Source: a virus (taxonomy: Duplodnaviria > Caudoviricetes). From it: 39,851 nucleotides of DNA. This document shows positions 19,081-29,788 of the stretch, in pieces. Every line of letters begins with the position of its first letter. The first letter of the stretch is position 1. A model generated the notes under the pieces. That model was not told the DNA's origin. It saw only the letters and a list, made by a program, of their open reading frames with translations, and searched no databases. The position numbers and the translations under genes are program-made. The stretch is taken from the IMG/VR virus record IMGVR_UViG_3300032332_002229, positions 1 through 39,851 of that record; one strand, written 5' to 3'.

Positions 19081-19113
19081 AATATACAAAAAAAGCTTGT
19101 CATAGACAAGCTT
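19081..19113 (-). promoter_or_regulatory. Fused terminator and class A promoter (TTGTCT-N17-TATATT)
   Basis: Perfect stem AAGCTTGTC-TAT-GACAAGCTT plus a T-tract, which also forms the promoter spacer. Confidence 0.7.
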
Positions 19114-19124
19114 CTTAAGTTAAT

Positions 19125-19676
19125 TTATTTTCTTTCAATCCTAAAGTAATTCATAGTATTGTCTTTCCAAAATTGATTTAAAGTTGAATTGTCTACTGGA
19201 ATGTCAATCCATTCATCTTTTAATTTATAGTTAGTGTAACCACTTTTTGGGTCACTGTGGGTAATACGTGTACCTCCACCTTTAAGAGTTTGGGAGTATG
19301 TATTGGCTAACTCGTAGTATTTAGAGTCTGGGGTTCCAGATCCATTGTCTGTTGTTAAAGGGAGAAGATTATTTTGGTAGCGTTCTTGAGCTGCTTTTTC
19401 TTCTGCTTCGCTTTCATCATTGAATTTTTTACCCCAATATTCTTCAAGATATTTGTTTGATATTCTAGTAATTTTTCCTTTTTCTTGTGGAGTTAAATCA
19501 CGACCTATTTTATCTTGGATATATTTTAAACCATTATAATCATGAGATCTATAATTTTTTTCGTTGAATGGAGAATTTTTGTAAAAGATATTCAATTCAG
19601 ATGCAATATCTAAATCTTCATTTAATACCTTACGTATTTCCTCTTTGATGAGTTGTTTAAGTTGTTCTTTTTTCAT
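19125..19676 (-). CDS. Hypothetical protein with an MKKEQLKQLIKEEIRKVLNE leader
   Basis: 183 aa. The amphipathic N-terminal leader ends in LNE. Confidence 0.75.
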   Translation of the reverse strand: MKKEQLKQLIKEEIRKVLNEDLDIASELNIFYKNSPFNEKNYRSHDYNGLKYIQDKIGRDLTPQEKGKITRISNKYLEEYWGKKFNDESEAEEKAAQERYQNNLLPLTTDNGSGTPDSKYYELANTYSQTLKGGGTRITHSDPKSGYTNYKLKDEWIDIPVDNSTLNQFWKDNTMNYFRIERK

Positions 19677-19677
19677 A

Positions 19678-20637
19678 TTATTTTATAATTCCAGCTCTTA
19701 CAAGCATTCTACGCATTTCCCAATCTTGTTCTTCTTTTAATGTTGATTTTTTAATTAAAAGTTTTTGTCTTTGATCCGCTGAAATGCCTGTTACTACAAG
19801 TTTATATTTTCTACCTTCAGGTGTTTCAACAGGTTCAATATCGTATTTTGCTGTTGGAACGTCTCCAAGTTCTCTTTGAAATACTTTACGGATTTTGTCT
19901 ATTTTGTCCATGTCATCTGCTGTTACAGATAAAGGTGGAACAACTTCTGCTTGTGTTTTTTCAACTGTTTTAGGTGCTTCTACATCCTGTTCAACATCTA
20001 ATAGTTTAAAATCAACTCCTGCGTTGTCCATGATTGTTTTCAATACTTTGGACAAGTATGGTTTTGTTTTGTATGGATTTTCAAGTGTGTGTGGGAAAAC
20101 AATTTTATTGTCTTTAACAATATAATGTATATCTTGTTCCAATTTACCAGCATATTTTTTCAAATTGTCTGGTGTTTTCATGGGATAATAATTTTTACCG
20201 TATGTTCCAATTAAACTTTTTGGAAGTGATTTGCCTGAGAGGGTAAACAGATAGTCGTTTAGGCTACCATCGTTTCCTTCTGCTTGCCATCTTCCATAAT
20301 TATCCTCTGTTTCTTTTTCAGTTGCAGCCCATGCTTCCGGTACTCTATTTTTAATATCAATTATCTTGAATGCCTTTTCATCGTCCGAACGAGAATCCCA
20401 ATCTTTCCAAGCAGCTCCAGCTTTTTGTGCAGGAATTGAAGGGCCAAATGCTTTTACAATAGCTTGTGGGTCACGCATATTTTGTGCGTAAATGCCATAT
20501 TTAGTAGTATCGTTTAAAGCAGCTAAAGCAGCATCTAAATTATCAGGTTGAACGGCAAGATCGTAACGAACTTTTAATTGGTCCATTCCACCTTCTTCGT
20601 CTTCGTTTATTTGGCGTAAAATATCTGTTAATTTCAT
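19678..20637 (-). CDS. Hypothetical protein with an MKLTDILRQINE leader and a C-terminal RRMLVRAGIIK tag
   Basis: 319 aa. The terminal motifs resemble those of the other orphan genes. Confidence 0.8.
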   Translation of the reverse strand: MKLTDILRQINEDEEGGMDQLKVRYDLAVQPDNLDAALAALNDTTKYGIYAQNMRDPQAIVKAFGPSIPAQKAGAAWKDWDSRSDDEKAFKIIDIKNRVPEAWAATEKETEDNYGRWQAEGNDGSLNDYLFTLSGKSLPKSLIGTYGKNYYPMKTPDNLKKYAGKLEQDIHYIVKDNKIVFPHTLENPYKTKPYLSKVLKTIMDNAGVDFKLLDVEQDVEAPKTVEKTQAEVVPPLSVTADDMDKIDKIRKVFQRELGDVPTAKYDIEPVETPEGRKYKLVVTGISADQRQKLLIKKSTLKEEQDWEMRRMLVRAGIIK

Positions 20638-20640
20638 AAT

Positions 20641-20649
20641 TATAAATAT
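20641..20649 (-). promoter_or_regulatory. Class B promoter motif ATATTTATA
   Basis: Lies directly after a terminator and 3 nt before the ATG. Confidence 0.55.
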
Positions 20650-20651
20650 GT

Positions 20652-20681
20652 AAAAAAGGAGACCCGTTACTCTGGATCTCC
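20652..20681 (-). terminator. Intrinsic terminator of the groES-groEL operon
   Basis: GGAGATCC-AGAGTAAC-GGGTCTCC-TTTTTT. Confidence 0.7.
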
Positions 20682-20918
20682 GTAAATGTTAAAGCGTTTA
20701 GTTGGTTCTGGTTTTTTCTCTTCGGTTCGTATAACATAAAGTTTACTGTCCAAAGGTGCCAAACGAAACTCTGCTTTTTCTTGTGTTTTTTCAAACCATG
20801 CTTCTAAAGCTTCGGTAAGTGACTTGTGAACTACTTTGTTTTTATCGCCTACAAGCAACCAGGAATCCCCGGGTGCAACGCGTGTAGCAATAAGTTCATT
20901 GTACTCTACTTTCTCCAT
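20667..20918 (-). CDS. Hypothetical protein
   Basis: 83 aa ORF starting 1 nt after the groEL stop. Confidence 0.7.
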   Translation of the reverse strand: MEKVEYNELIATRVAPGDSWLLVGDKNKVVHKSLTEALEAWFEKTQEKAEFRLAPLDSKLYVIRTEEKKPEPTKRFNIYGDPE

Positions 20919-20919
20919 A

Positions 20920-22863
<1,944 letters not shown>

Positions 22864-22867
<4 letters not shown>

Positions 22868-23223
22868 ATTTCAATTGATTTTAATAGGTTTTCCATTCCT
22901 GTTTTAACTTGATCCCAAGTGTTGATATATTCTTTGATTGAATTGTACTCTCCTTGATTTTGATAGAATTTTTCTTTGGAGATTTTGTTTAGAGCGTTTG
23001 AAAAGCTTGTGTAATAACCAATTACCTTTTCTTGTTCTTTACCAGTAGCAGCTTTTCCTCCAAATCCACGAGTGGAAAAAGATTTTTCAATTACTGTAAA
23101 ATTTGCTGCGTCTTTGACAATATAAAAAGGTTCCATTGCGGGATCTTTAATTGTACAAAGTGATGATTGTGGATCAACTTCCTCGCCCCTAGCGGGACGA
23201 CCTCTACGTTTTGTTTCTTGCAT
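22864..23223 (-). CDS. Hypothetical protein with an N-terminal AT-hook-like motif
   Basis: KRRGRP near the N-terminus. Confidence 0.7.
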
Positions 23224-23247
23224 AACTTACTTTAAATTTATAACTAT

Positions 23248-23276
23248 AATATACGAAAACTTATTTGAATTTCCTA
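23248..23276 (-). promoter_or_regulatory. Class A promoter TAGGAA-N17-TATATT
   Basis: Exact 17 nt spacer, upstream of the operon containing groES/groEL. Confidence 0.5.
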
Positions 23277-23294
23277 ATTCTATTATACATACTA

Positions 23295-24029
23295 TTAGAA
23301 AGCAGATTCTTCACGTCTTACTACATAGTAAGTGCTAGTAGTGTTTTCTGATTTAAATTCTATTTTCATTAAGCCATCATAGTTCAAATAAATAGAACCT
23401 TCCTCTAAATCTTTATTTGCCTGTAAAATGTTTTTAAACATATCTGAATTGAAAGGTATGTTAACAGGTTGCTGTTTGATTTTACCATACATCTGGTATG
23501 TGATTTTGTTGTTATGGCCTTGCTCGTCTCCAAATGTGAAGATACACATATCGTCTCCGTTTAAGTCTTTGTCAATGGAAATTGTTAACAAGCCAATACC
23601 TGCTAAAGCCGATTTTGCTTTAACCAAATTGTCAACATATTCTTTTTCTAAAGGCAATACTGCATCCCATTGTGGTTCTGTTACTGTAGCTACTTTGGAT
23701 ATAAGTAGTGGGTCTGCAAGTGCATATGTTAAATTAAATGCACTGTCGGCAAAATGTAATTTTGTATAAACGTTTTTACCTTTTTCTAAAGTAAAGAGCA
23801 ATTCACCTTGTGTAATGCCTAACAGGTTCAAAAATTTCTTTGTATCAAAGATAGCCAATTCACTGTCTTGTACATCAAAGTTTGTGTGTGTAATGTTTCC
23901 AATCACTTCTTTTGAAACCGACATAAAGTCAATTGTAAGTGTTTTGTCTTTAATTTTCCACTTGACGGATTCGTTTTCGCCTAAGTAGTATTTGTTTATA
24001 ACCGATTGTAGAACTAATTTATTTACCAT
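23295..24029 (-). CDS. DNA polymerase sliding clamp (T4 gp45-like)
   Basis: 244 aa, beta-rich, with LAIFDTKKFLNLL and TYALADPLLI resembling gp45 motifs. Lies between the polymerase and the clamp loader. Confidence 0.72.
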   Translation of the reverse strand: MVNKLVLQSVINKYYLGENESVKWKIKDKTLTIDFMSVSKEVIGNITHTNFDVQDSELAIFDTKKFLNLLGITQGELLFTLEKGKNVYTKLHFADSAFNLTYALADPLLISKVATVTEPQWDAVLPLEKEYVDNLVKAKSALAGIGLLTISIDKDLNGDDMCIFTFGDEQGHNNKITYQMYGKIKQQPVNIPFNSDMFKNILQANKDLEEGSIYLNYDGLMKIEFKSENTTSTYYVVRREESAF

Positions 24030-24033
24030 ATGT

Positions 24034-24072
24034 TAAAGATAAGAAAAAGCCTGCGGTTAGGCAAGCTTTTCT
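24034..24072 (-). repeat. 39 bp direct repeat, copy 1: terminator hairpin plus class A promoter (TTGCCT-N17-TATCTT)
   Basis: taaagataagaaaaagcctgcggttaggcaagcttttct, identical to 27360..27398. Confidence 0.92.
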
Positions 24073-24089
24073 ATAAAAAGTTTATTTAT

Positions 24090-24590
24090 TTAATTAGGAA
24101 TATCTTTTAATATATCTAATTTTCCTGAAGCTTTTAATTCTTTATATCTTTCTATAGCTTCTTGAATGTCATCATGTTTTTTTCGCATCAAATATATGGG
24201 GTGGGTTTTATAAGTATCTTTTGTGTCTTCCAAGTACCTCTTAATTCCTTCTTCCCCCTTAAAAGTAGTATATTTTAGACCCCCATTATCAAGCTTAATC
24301 ATTTTACTATATCCGTTATTATATAGATCAGCAAGCATCGCATCAACACCATATATTCCCCTCCGTGCTGTTTCTCTTTGTTCGCTTTCAGAGGGTTCTT
24401 CTGGTTTTTTCCATCTAGCTCCAGGATAGTTAAAGACTTGATCCGCTGACGGTCCTTTCCCATCAATAGAATCTCTTCTTAATTTTTCATAATACTCATC
24501 TTTTTCTTTATTTTCCTTTAGTGTTGCTTTATATTCACCTTCTGTGATAATACCAGCTAACATTTGCATACGTAAAGTTTCTTTATTCAT
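24090..24590 (-). CDS. Hypothetical protein with an MNKETLRMQMLAGIITE leader
   Basis: Start placed at ATG 24590 by alignment with the paralogous leader at 28157. Confidence 0.8.
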   Translation of the reverse strand: MNKETLRMQMLAGIITEGEYKATLKENKEKDEYYEKLRRDSIDGKGPSADQVFNYPGARWKKPEEPSESEQRETARRGIYGVDAMLADLYNNGYSKMIKLDNGGLKYTTFKGEEGIKRYLEDTKDTYKTHPIYLMRKKHDDIQEAIERYKELKASGKLDILKDIPN

Positions 24591-24598
24591 TTTATTTA
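24537..24598 (-). repeat. 62 bp leader repeat, copy 1 (5' UTR plus the first 18 codons)
   Basis: 57/62 identical to 28104..28165. Confidence 0.88.
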
Positions 24599-24607
24599 GA
24601 TTTTTAT

Positions 24608-24616
24608 TATACATAT
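24608..24616 (-). promoter_or_regulatory. Class B promoter motif ATATGTATA
   Basis: Overlaps the polymerase stop, upstream of a leader-tagged gene. Confidence 0.55.
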
Positions 24617-27345
24617 TATGAAAAGTTAAAGAATTTGGATTTGAATGGATTCAAATTCAACTGCCATCCAATATCATCATATACACCTTCTAATTTGTTT
24701 CTAATTACGCTATCAAAAAGTCCATCACGATCAATATATTTGTTGATCAATTCTGTAATTTCAGGAGGATCATTGTATCCGTTATATCCTATAACATCAA
24801 TCTGGTATGGGTTTTGTTTCAAATATGCGATATACATTTTATCTCCAATTGTAAATTCGGGATATTTTACAGTTAAATTCTTGTAGCGCAAGAAATCATT
24901 GTAGATAATAGCTGCTTTTGTGTTAATTGGACATTTCAATTTCAATTTTGAGAACAATTCACCAGCCATAGGTTTACGCTCAATATATTCACCCATTTTC
25001 TTTAATCCCATAGGTTTAAGCAACTTGATCCACTCTACAGTTTGCATTGAATTTTTAAAATCCATTACATCTTGATCAATGCCCTCTTTTGGTTTAGAAA
25101 ATAGGATATTTTTAATCAAACCTTCTCCAAAGTTTCTAAAGTATGGAGGGAAATTTGATTTCATAATATCCAAACCTTTCATCTCCAATTCCTCAATTTC
25201 AACACCTTCTTTGTTTACAATGTACATTGCATAACGGCGTTTGCCCGACCAGTACGCCTTTTCAGCGATTACCTCTTGCTTTAATACGAAGTGGTGTTTG
25301 CCTGTCATATTGAACAGATCCTGCGTGATACTGTTTAGATTATCGTTTGCTACCGTTTGAAGCTCCTCCGTTAAAACAAGCAAACGGTTAATTTTTTCCT
25401 TACGGTCATTGTAGTCTAAATCTGGGTTTCTATGTTTAAGTAGGTCTGTTAATTCCATGTAAAGAGAATCTGTGTCTGAAGCTATTACGAATGTTTTTGG
25501 TTCTATATCTAATTGATCCGAAATGTATTGGTTTACATATACAATAGATTCCTTTGTTAAACGCTGTCCGCTGTTTGTAATGGAGGAGGAACATATTTTA
25601 AATCCATCAGTAAAGCGCCATGGGTTAACTGCATATGTACCGTATAAAGCGTTTTGTAAGATTTTGAATGCCATTTGGTACAAGTCATACAATTTGTAGT
25701 TTGACCAATCTTCTGCTTTACCTGCTGTTTTCTTTAATGCTCGATAGTGTTCTCGTTGATCAAACCAGTCTTCCAATACTTCACAAGCAATACTTTTAAT
25801 ATCGGTTCTATAAAACGCTCCACTAGCAGAAATAGTCCATTCATTAGCTTCAATTAACTTAATTAAAGCACCTACCGCTATAGTAGCATCTTTAAGTTGG
25901 TACGAATGTTTAGATAACTTTTGAATTTGTATTTTTTCTTCCGGATCACGTTTCTTTAACTGCTCAAGTGAATTGTACTGCTCGTAATTGTTTTTTGTAA
26001 CAATTCTACCCACCAACGTTTCAACACCCAAATTAAGCGATTTGATAATTGAAGGATATAGCGAGGTAAAGTCCAAGTCACTCACATCCGAATATAATCC
26101 AGGTATAGGATCAAGTAAATATCCACCAGCGTAACTGTCTTTTTTACGGATTGTTTTGGGGTAACGTGAGATATATTTACCCGCAAATGTTTTGACTATA
26201 ATTTCTTTATCGTCAAAACTATAAATAGTACCTTCAATTGTTGGAGTACCTCGTTGATGTATAACGTGATCGCCTAACTCCAAATCTCTAATTGTAGGAT
26301 TAGTTGTTGTAGGTTTGTTTGGTGCAACAATACCTTTACGTTTTAAATACGTTAAAATAGCACCTTCATTCAATGCTGTATTGTAGTAAATTGATTCGTA
26401 TGGGGTGTGGCATAGGTGGGAGATCAAAACTGTCAATTCGATAAACTTCTGTTTCTCCTCTAGAGCCTCTATAATTTCAACATCTCGAATGTTATAGTCT
26501 ATAAATCTAAGTGGATCTTCTCTAAATAAAGTATCAAGGTTACCATTGTACTCTATTTTTCCCATTTTAGCATACTTTGTTCCAATGTCTCCCAACTTGT
26601 ATGAAGGTTCTTCCTTCATAATATATTTGCGAAGCAACAACATATAGTCCAAACTGTTAACTAAACCAATACGAATTGGAGAATTACCGTTAGATAAATT
26701 CTCTTCAATTTTACCTACAGGAGATAAACGATATACTTCATCTCCCAAACGTTTCTTGATTCTATAGTAAATGTATGGGATATCAAAAAAATCACTGTTG
26801 TATCCTACAACAATTGTGGGATCAATTTGTTCCCATTTGTTTAAGAATTTACGTAACAATGTATTTTCGTCAGGACAAGATACAATTACTTTACCATCTT
26901 GATCTAAATTATCGATTGCACCTGCTTTATCTAAGATAAAACATATTTTTTCTTTGGTTGTAGTATCAATCAAAGCAATGGCTGTAATTTCAGCGTTTGC
27001 CTCTCTGATAGTTTGTGGTGTAAGTGCTCCTAGGATCTCAATCTCAATATCCAAATACACTGTATTGTGGTAAGAGGGCATTTTATCTGTCTCGTAATAT
27101 AGGTCTCTTAAAATGACTATCTCTTTGTCTATGTCTTTTTCATAGACAGTAGGATCTTTCTTGTCATATTTTCCTTGAAATGCAGAGCATCTATCACCAA
27201 ATAGTGTTTCAAACTCTCCATCTTCATCAAGTTTATATAGAGTGGGCCAATAAGTGAATTTGTGTATTCCCTTTTTATCGTCCCGAAGGTAGTAATGCCA
27301 TTGGTCTTCTCCAGGTTGGCGGTTGTAAAAAACACTTTGATACAT
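24616..27345 (-). CDS. Family B DNA polymerase with a 3'-5' exonuclease domain
   Basis: ExoI YLDIE, ExoII GYNSDFFD, ExoIII YNIRD; motif A DLDFTSLYPS, motif B KILQNALYG, motif C ASDTDS, KRRY. Confidence 0.97.
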   Translation of the reverse strand: MYQSVFYNRQPGEDQWHYYLRDDKKGIHKFTYWPTLYKLDEDGEFETLFGDRCSAFQGKYDKKDPTVYEKDIDKEIVILRDLYYETDKMPSYHNTVYLDIEIEILGALTPQTIREANAEITAIALIDTTTKEKICFILDKAGAIDNLDQDGKVIVSCPDENTLLRKFLNKWEQIDPTIVVGYNSDFFDIPYIYYRIKKRLGDEVYRLSPVGKIEENLSNGNSPIRIGLVNSLDYMLLLRKYIMKEEPSYKLGDIGTKYAKMGKIEYNGNLDTLFREDPLRFIDYNIRDVEIIEALEEKQKFIELTVLISHLCHTPYESIYYNTALNEGAILTYLKRKGIVAPNKPTTTNPTIRDLELGDHVIHQRGTPTIEGTIYSFDDKEIIVKTFAGKYISRYPKTIRKKDSYAGGYLLDPIPGLYSDVSDLDFTSLYPSIIKSLNLGVETLVGRIVTKNNYEQYNSLEQLKKRDPEEKIQIQKLSKHSYQLKDATIAVGALIKLIEANEWTISASGAFYRTDIKSIACEVLEDWFDQREHYRALKKTAGKAEDWSNYKLYDLYQMAFKILQNALYGTYAVNPWRFTDGFKICSSSITNSGQRLTKESIVYVNQYISDQLDIEPKTFVIASDTDSLYMELTDLLKHRNPDLDYNDRKEKINRLLVLTEELQTVANDNLNSITQDLFNMTGKHHFVLKQEVIAEKAYWSGKRRYAMYIVNKEGVEIEELEMKGLDIMKSNFPPYFRNFGEGLIKNILFSKPKEGIDQDVMDFKNSMQTVEWIKLLKPMGLKKMGEYIERKPMAGELFSKLKLKCPINTKAAIIYNDFLRYKNLTVKYPEFTIGDKMYIAYLKQNPYQIDVIGYNGYNDPPEITELINKYIDRDGLFDSVIRNKLEGVYDDIGWQLNLNPFKSKFFNFS

Positions 27346-27359
27346 AGACTTAATTTATA

Positions 27360-27398
27360 TAAAGATAAGAAAAAGCCTGCGGTTAGGCAAGCTTTTCT
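27360..27398 (-). repeat. 39 bp direct repeat, copy 2: terminator plus promoter for the DNA polymerase
   Basis: Identical to 24034..24072; stem AAAAGCTTGC/GCAGGCTTTT. Confidence 0.92.
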
Positions 27399-27416
27399 TT
27401 AATTAAAAATTCTTAT

Positions 27417-28157
27417 TTAGATTTTTTTATCTAATACATCTTGAGCTAATTTTAAAGCATATCCTTCAAAAGTATAAATATCTTTAAATCCTAAACTTTG
27501 GACTATTTCTTCACTATCATAATACCAATCCATTCCTTCTGGCCATTTATTTCCTAAAGCCGCCCAAGCTAATGCTGAAGCGGCTTCCTCCTCAACATCA
27601 TAAGGGTCTTCAAGGATATCTTCTTTAAAAACTTTTAATTGTTCTGGGGTTAAGTTTAGTTTATTGGTAAAGTCTATTTTACTTAAGGTTTGTTTTTTCT
27701 TTTGAAGGAGTTCTATCTGTTTTTGCAAAGCAGCTATTTGAGCATCAACACTTTCATCCTCATTTAACATAGATTCGTAAGGAGGAGGGGAAGGTGGAGT
27801 AAAATAAGTAGCACCCTGAACTGCGTGGTCAATATCAGCATTTGCGTAACTAATCCAATCAGGAACTTCTCCTTCAGAGGCACTATTCCAGAAATTGTCA
27901 TCAAATGCAAAATCTTTTGGAGGTCTTACACCTCCATCAGTAGGACCTAATACATTATAAACAGCAAATCTTACATTATCTATTCGTCTTTCTTTTTCTT
28001 TATCAGAAATGCTCTCATCACGGTTAATTCTATCAATAGCATCTTCCATTTTAGATCTCATCCTATCAATGATTTGGTTTTCATTTAACATTGATTTATA
28101 CTGACCTTCTGTGATGATACCAGCTAACATTTGCATTCTAAAAGTTTCTTTGTTCAT
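27417..28157 (-). CDS. Hypothetical protein with an MNKETFRMQMLAGIITE leader
   Basis: 246 aa. Leader shared with the genes starting at 24590 and 17019; internal SMLNE repeat. Confidence 0.8.
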   Translation of the reverse strand: MNKETFRMQMLAGIITEGQYKSMLNENQIIDRMRSKMEDAIDRINRDESISDKEKERRIDNVRFAVYNVLGPTDGGVRPPKDFAFDDNFWNSASEGEVPDWISYANADIDHAVQGATYFTPPSPPPYESMLNEDESVDAQIAALQKQIELLQKKKQTLSKIDFTNKLNLTPEQLKVFKEDILEDPYDVEEEAASALAWAALGNKWPEGMDWYYDSEEIVQSLGFKDIYTFEGYALKLAQDVLDKKI

Positions 28158-28165
28158 TTTATTTA
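28104..28165 (-). repeat. 62 bp leader repeat, copy 2
   Basis: 57/62 identical to 24537..24598. Confidence 0.88.
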
Positions 28166-28181
28166 AAGTTTATAAATTTAT

Positions 28182-28190
28182 CATACATAT
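28182..28190 (-). promoter_or_regulatory. Class B promoter motif ATATGTATG
   Basis: Follows a T-tract, upstream of a leader-tagged gene. Confidence 0.5.
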
Positions 28191-28217
28191 GTAAAAAAAA
28201 AATGAAAGTTTAATATT

Positions 28218-28496
28218 TTATTTCTTTCTTGGTCTTTTAACTTTAACTGTACTTACAGCTACTTCTTCAACGATTGGTTCTTCTATAAGGACTGGTTCTG
28301 AAAAAGTAACTTCTAAAATTTCCCCTATAATAGGTTCTTCAATAACTGGTTCTTCAACAGCAGGTTGAGGGGTTAATGTATTTTCAAGTTCAGCTAGAAG
28401 ACCTAACATAGTTTCTTCTAAATGTGGGAATCTAAATGGATTATTGCTTGAGATAAAACCTTTAATTCCGTTAATAATTTCTAATGGATTATTCAT
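28218..28496 (-). CDS. Hypothetical protein with a low-complexity EEP tail
   Basis: VEEPVIEEPII...IEEPIVEEV followed by a basic C-terminus. Confidence 0.7.
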   Translation of the reverse strand: MNNPLEIINGIKGFISSNNPFRFPHLEETMLGLLAELENTLTPQPAVEEPVIEEPIIGEILEVTFSEPVLIEEPIVEEVAVSTVKVKRPRKK

Positions 28497-28519
28497 GTTT
28501 ATTTATTTAAAAAATTGTG

Positions 28520-29089
28520 TTAAATTTTATTGCCTTTACTTCTATTTTCTGAAATGGTCATTGGGGTTGTGTTAGTGTAGTGGAAACTACCATCTTTACT
28601 TAGAGGTATGGTATGATCTATTTCCCAATATGTCCCATAATTTTCCCAAGTCATATTTTCATTAAATTGTTTTTCTAAATATACAATATATTCTTTAATA
28701 GGACAACCTAGAAGTTTAATTGTTTTTCCACTTTTAAACTCTTTTTTTAAAGCATTTCGAAGTCGAATTCTTAAGTTTCTTAAGATAGTCCATTCCATAT
28801 CAACTCCATATTTTTGATTATATTCTTTTTTCCTATATTGTTTTCTTACATCAACACCTTTCTCACTCTGTCTATATTTTTTCTGTATAGAAGAATTTTT
28901 TTCTGGGTTTGATTTTTGCCATGTTATAGAGTTGGATTTGTATTTTTCTTTATTGGAGTTATAATGGGTAAGTTTACACTTTTTGCATCTATAATTAAAT
29001 CCATCAACTTCATTTTTGTTTTTGTGAAAATTTAAAGAATTTAACTCTAATTCAAGTTTACATAAACTACATTTTCTTAATTTTATCAT
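28520..29089 (-). CDS. HNH-family (homing) endonuclease
   Basis: N-terminal CSLC...CKKC; LLGC...MTWENYG..WEIDHTIPLS...HYTNTTPM...NRSKGNK. The likely start is ATG 29089. Confidence 0.85.
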   Translation of the reverse strand: MIKLRKCSLCKLELELNSLNFHKNKNEVDGFNYRCKKCKLTHYNSNKEKYKSNSITWQKSNPEKNSSIQKKYRQSEKGVDVRKQYRKKEYNQKYGVDMEWTILRNLRIRLRNALKKEFKSGKTIKLLGCPIKEYIVYLEKQFNENMTWENYGTYWEIDHTIPLSKDGSFHYTNTTPMTISENRSKGNKI

Positions 29090-29100
29090 AGTTGTTTTAT

Positions 29101-29109
29101 TATACATAT
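29101..29109 (-). promoter_or_regulatory. Class B promoter motif ATATGTATA
   Basis: 11 nt upstream of the HNH start. Confidence 0.5.
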
Positions 29110-29137
29110 AGTAAAAAAAGACTATGTTGCATGGATA

Positions 29138-29788
29138 TTATAGAGATTTTGTAGAATTTTTAATTTCTTCTTCTGTAAAGAATTGGGTTAGGTTTGGTCT
29201 GAAGTAGTTAATATTTTTCATAACTTTTTTGTCAGAGCTTCTATAGACGATATAATATTCTCCAATCTTTTCATAGTGACATGGTGTCTTTTGTTCTTGG
29301 GAACGTACTCTAACGGTTTCTTGTGCCTCTTCTTCACTTGAGCAAGCCTTGCTAAGATTTGACGCTTGTACTTCTTGATACGCGGGCCATACTTTATCCT
29401 TAAGACCATGTAAGCAACCCCCGTTACCCAATGAAACGTAGGTAATGTCACATAGAGCATCAAGAACTTCAACAATATCCCCTGTCTCACACGCATGCTT
29501 ATATTCCTCGAGTTCTTCCAAGATAAAATTATAGACAAACATCCACTCCTTCTCATCGGGAATGACCGGGTTATAATTATTGGGCTTTCCCATTACTGCA
29601 TTAAATTCCTCAACTTCGGATACAAAAGGAACATAATTCTGTTTTAAGCTAGTAATTTCTTTACTTAATGTGTTCCATTTTTCAATTACGTCATCTCCAA
29701 ATTCAATTTTGGACATCATAGATAAATCTATGGCTTGAGTTTTGAGCAAATTGATAAACTCGTCTTGTTTAATTTCTAGTAGTGTCAT
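29138..29788 (-). CDS. MazG-like/PRA-PH-family nucleoside triphosphate pyrophosphohydrolase
   Basis: VEEFN, ILEELEEY, EVLDALCDITYV, EVQASNLSK and KVMK..NY..PNL. The likely start is ATG 29788. Confidence 0.85.
   Translation of the reverse strand: MTLLEIKQDEFINLLKTQAIDLSMMSKIEFGDDVIEKWNTLSKEITSLKQNYVPFVSEVEEFNAVMGKPNNYNPVIPDEKEWMFVYNFILEELEEYKHACETGDIVEVLDALCDITYVSLGNGGCLHGLKDKVWPAYQEVQASNLSKACSSEEEAQETVRVRSQEQKTPCHYEKIGEYYIVYRSSDKKVMKNINYFRPNLTQFFTEEEIKNSTKSL

Noticed and set aside
24616-27345. Intein or intron in the polymerase
   Set aside because: The ORF is continuous, and the insertions are short and lack the Cys/Ser start and His-Asn end of inteins.
24034-27398. The 39 bp repeats as CRISPR repeats, att sites or IS ends
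   Set aside because: There are only two copies, 3.3 kb apart, with no integrase or transposase in the window. Terminator-plus-promoter structure explains them.
28255-28365. Tandem repeat locus (ggttcttc units)
   Set aside because: These are degenerate codon-level repeats of a low-complexity EEP protein tail.
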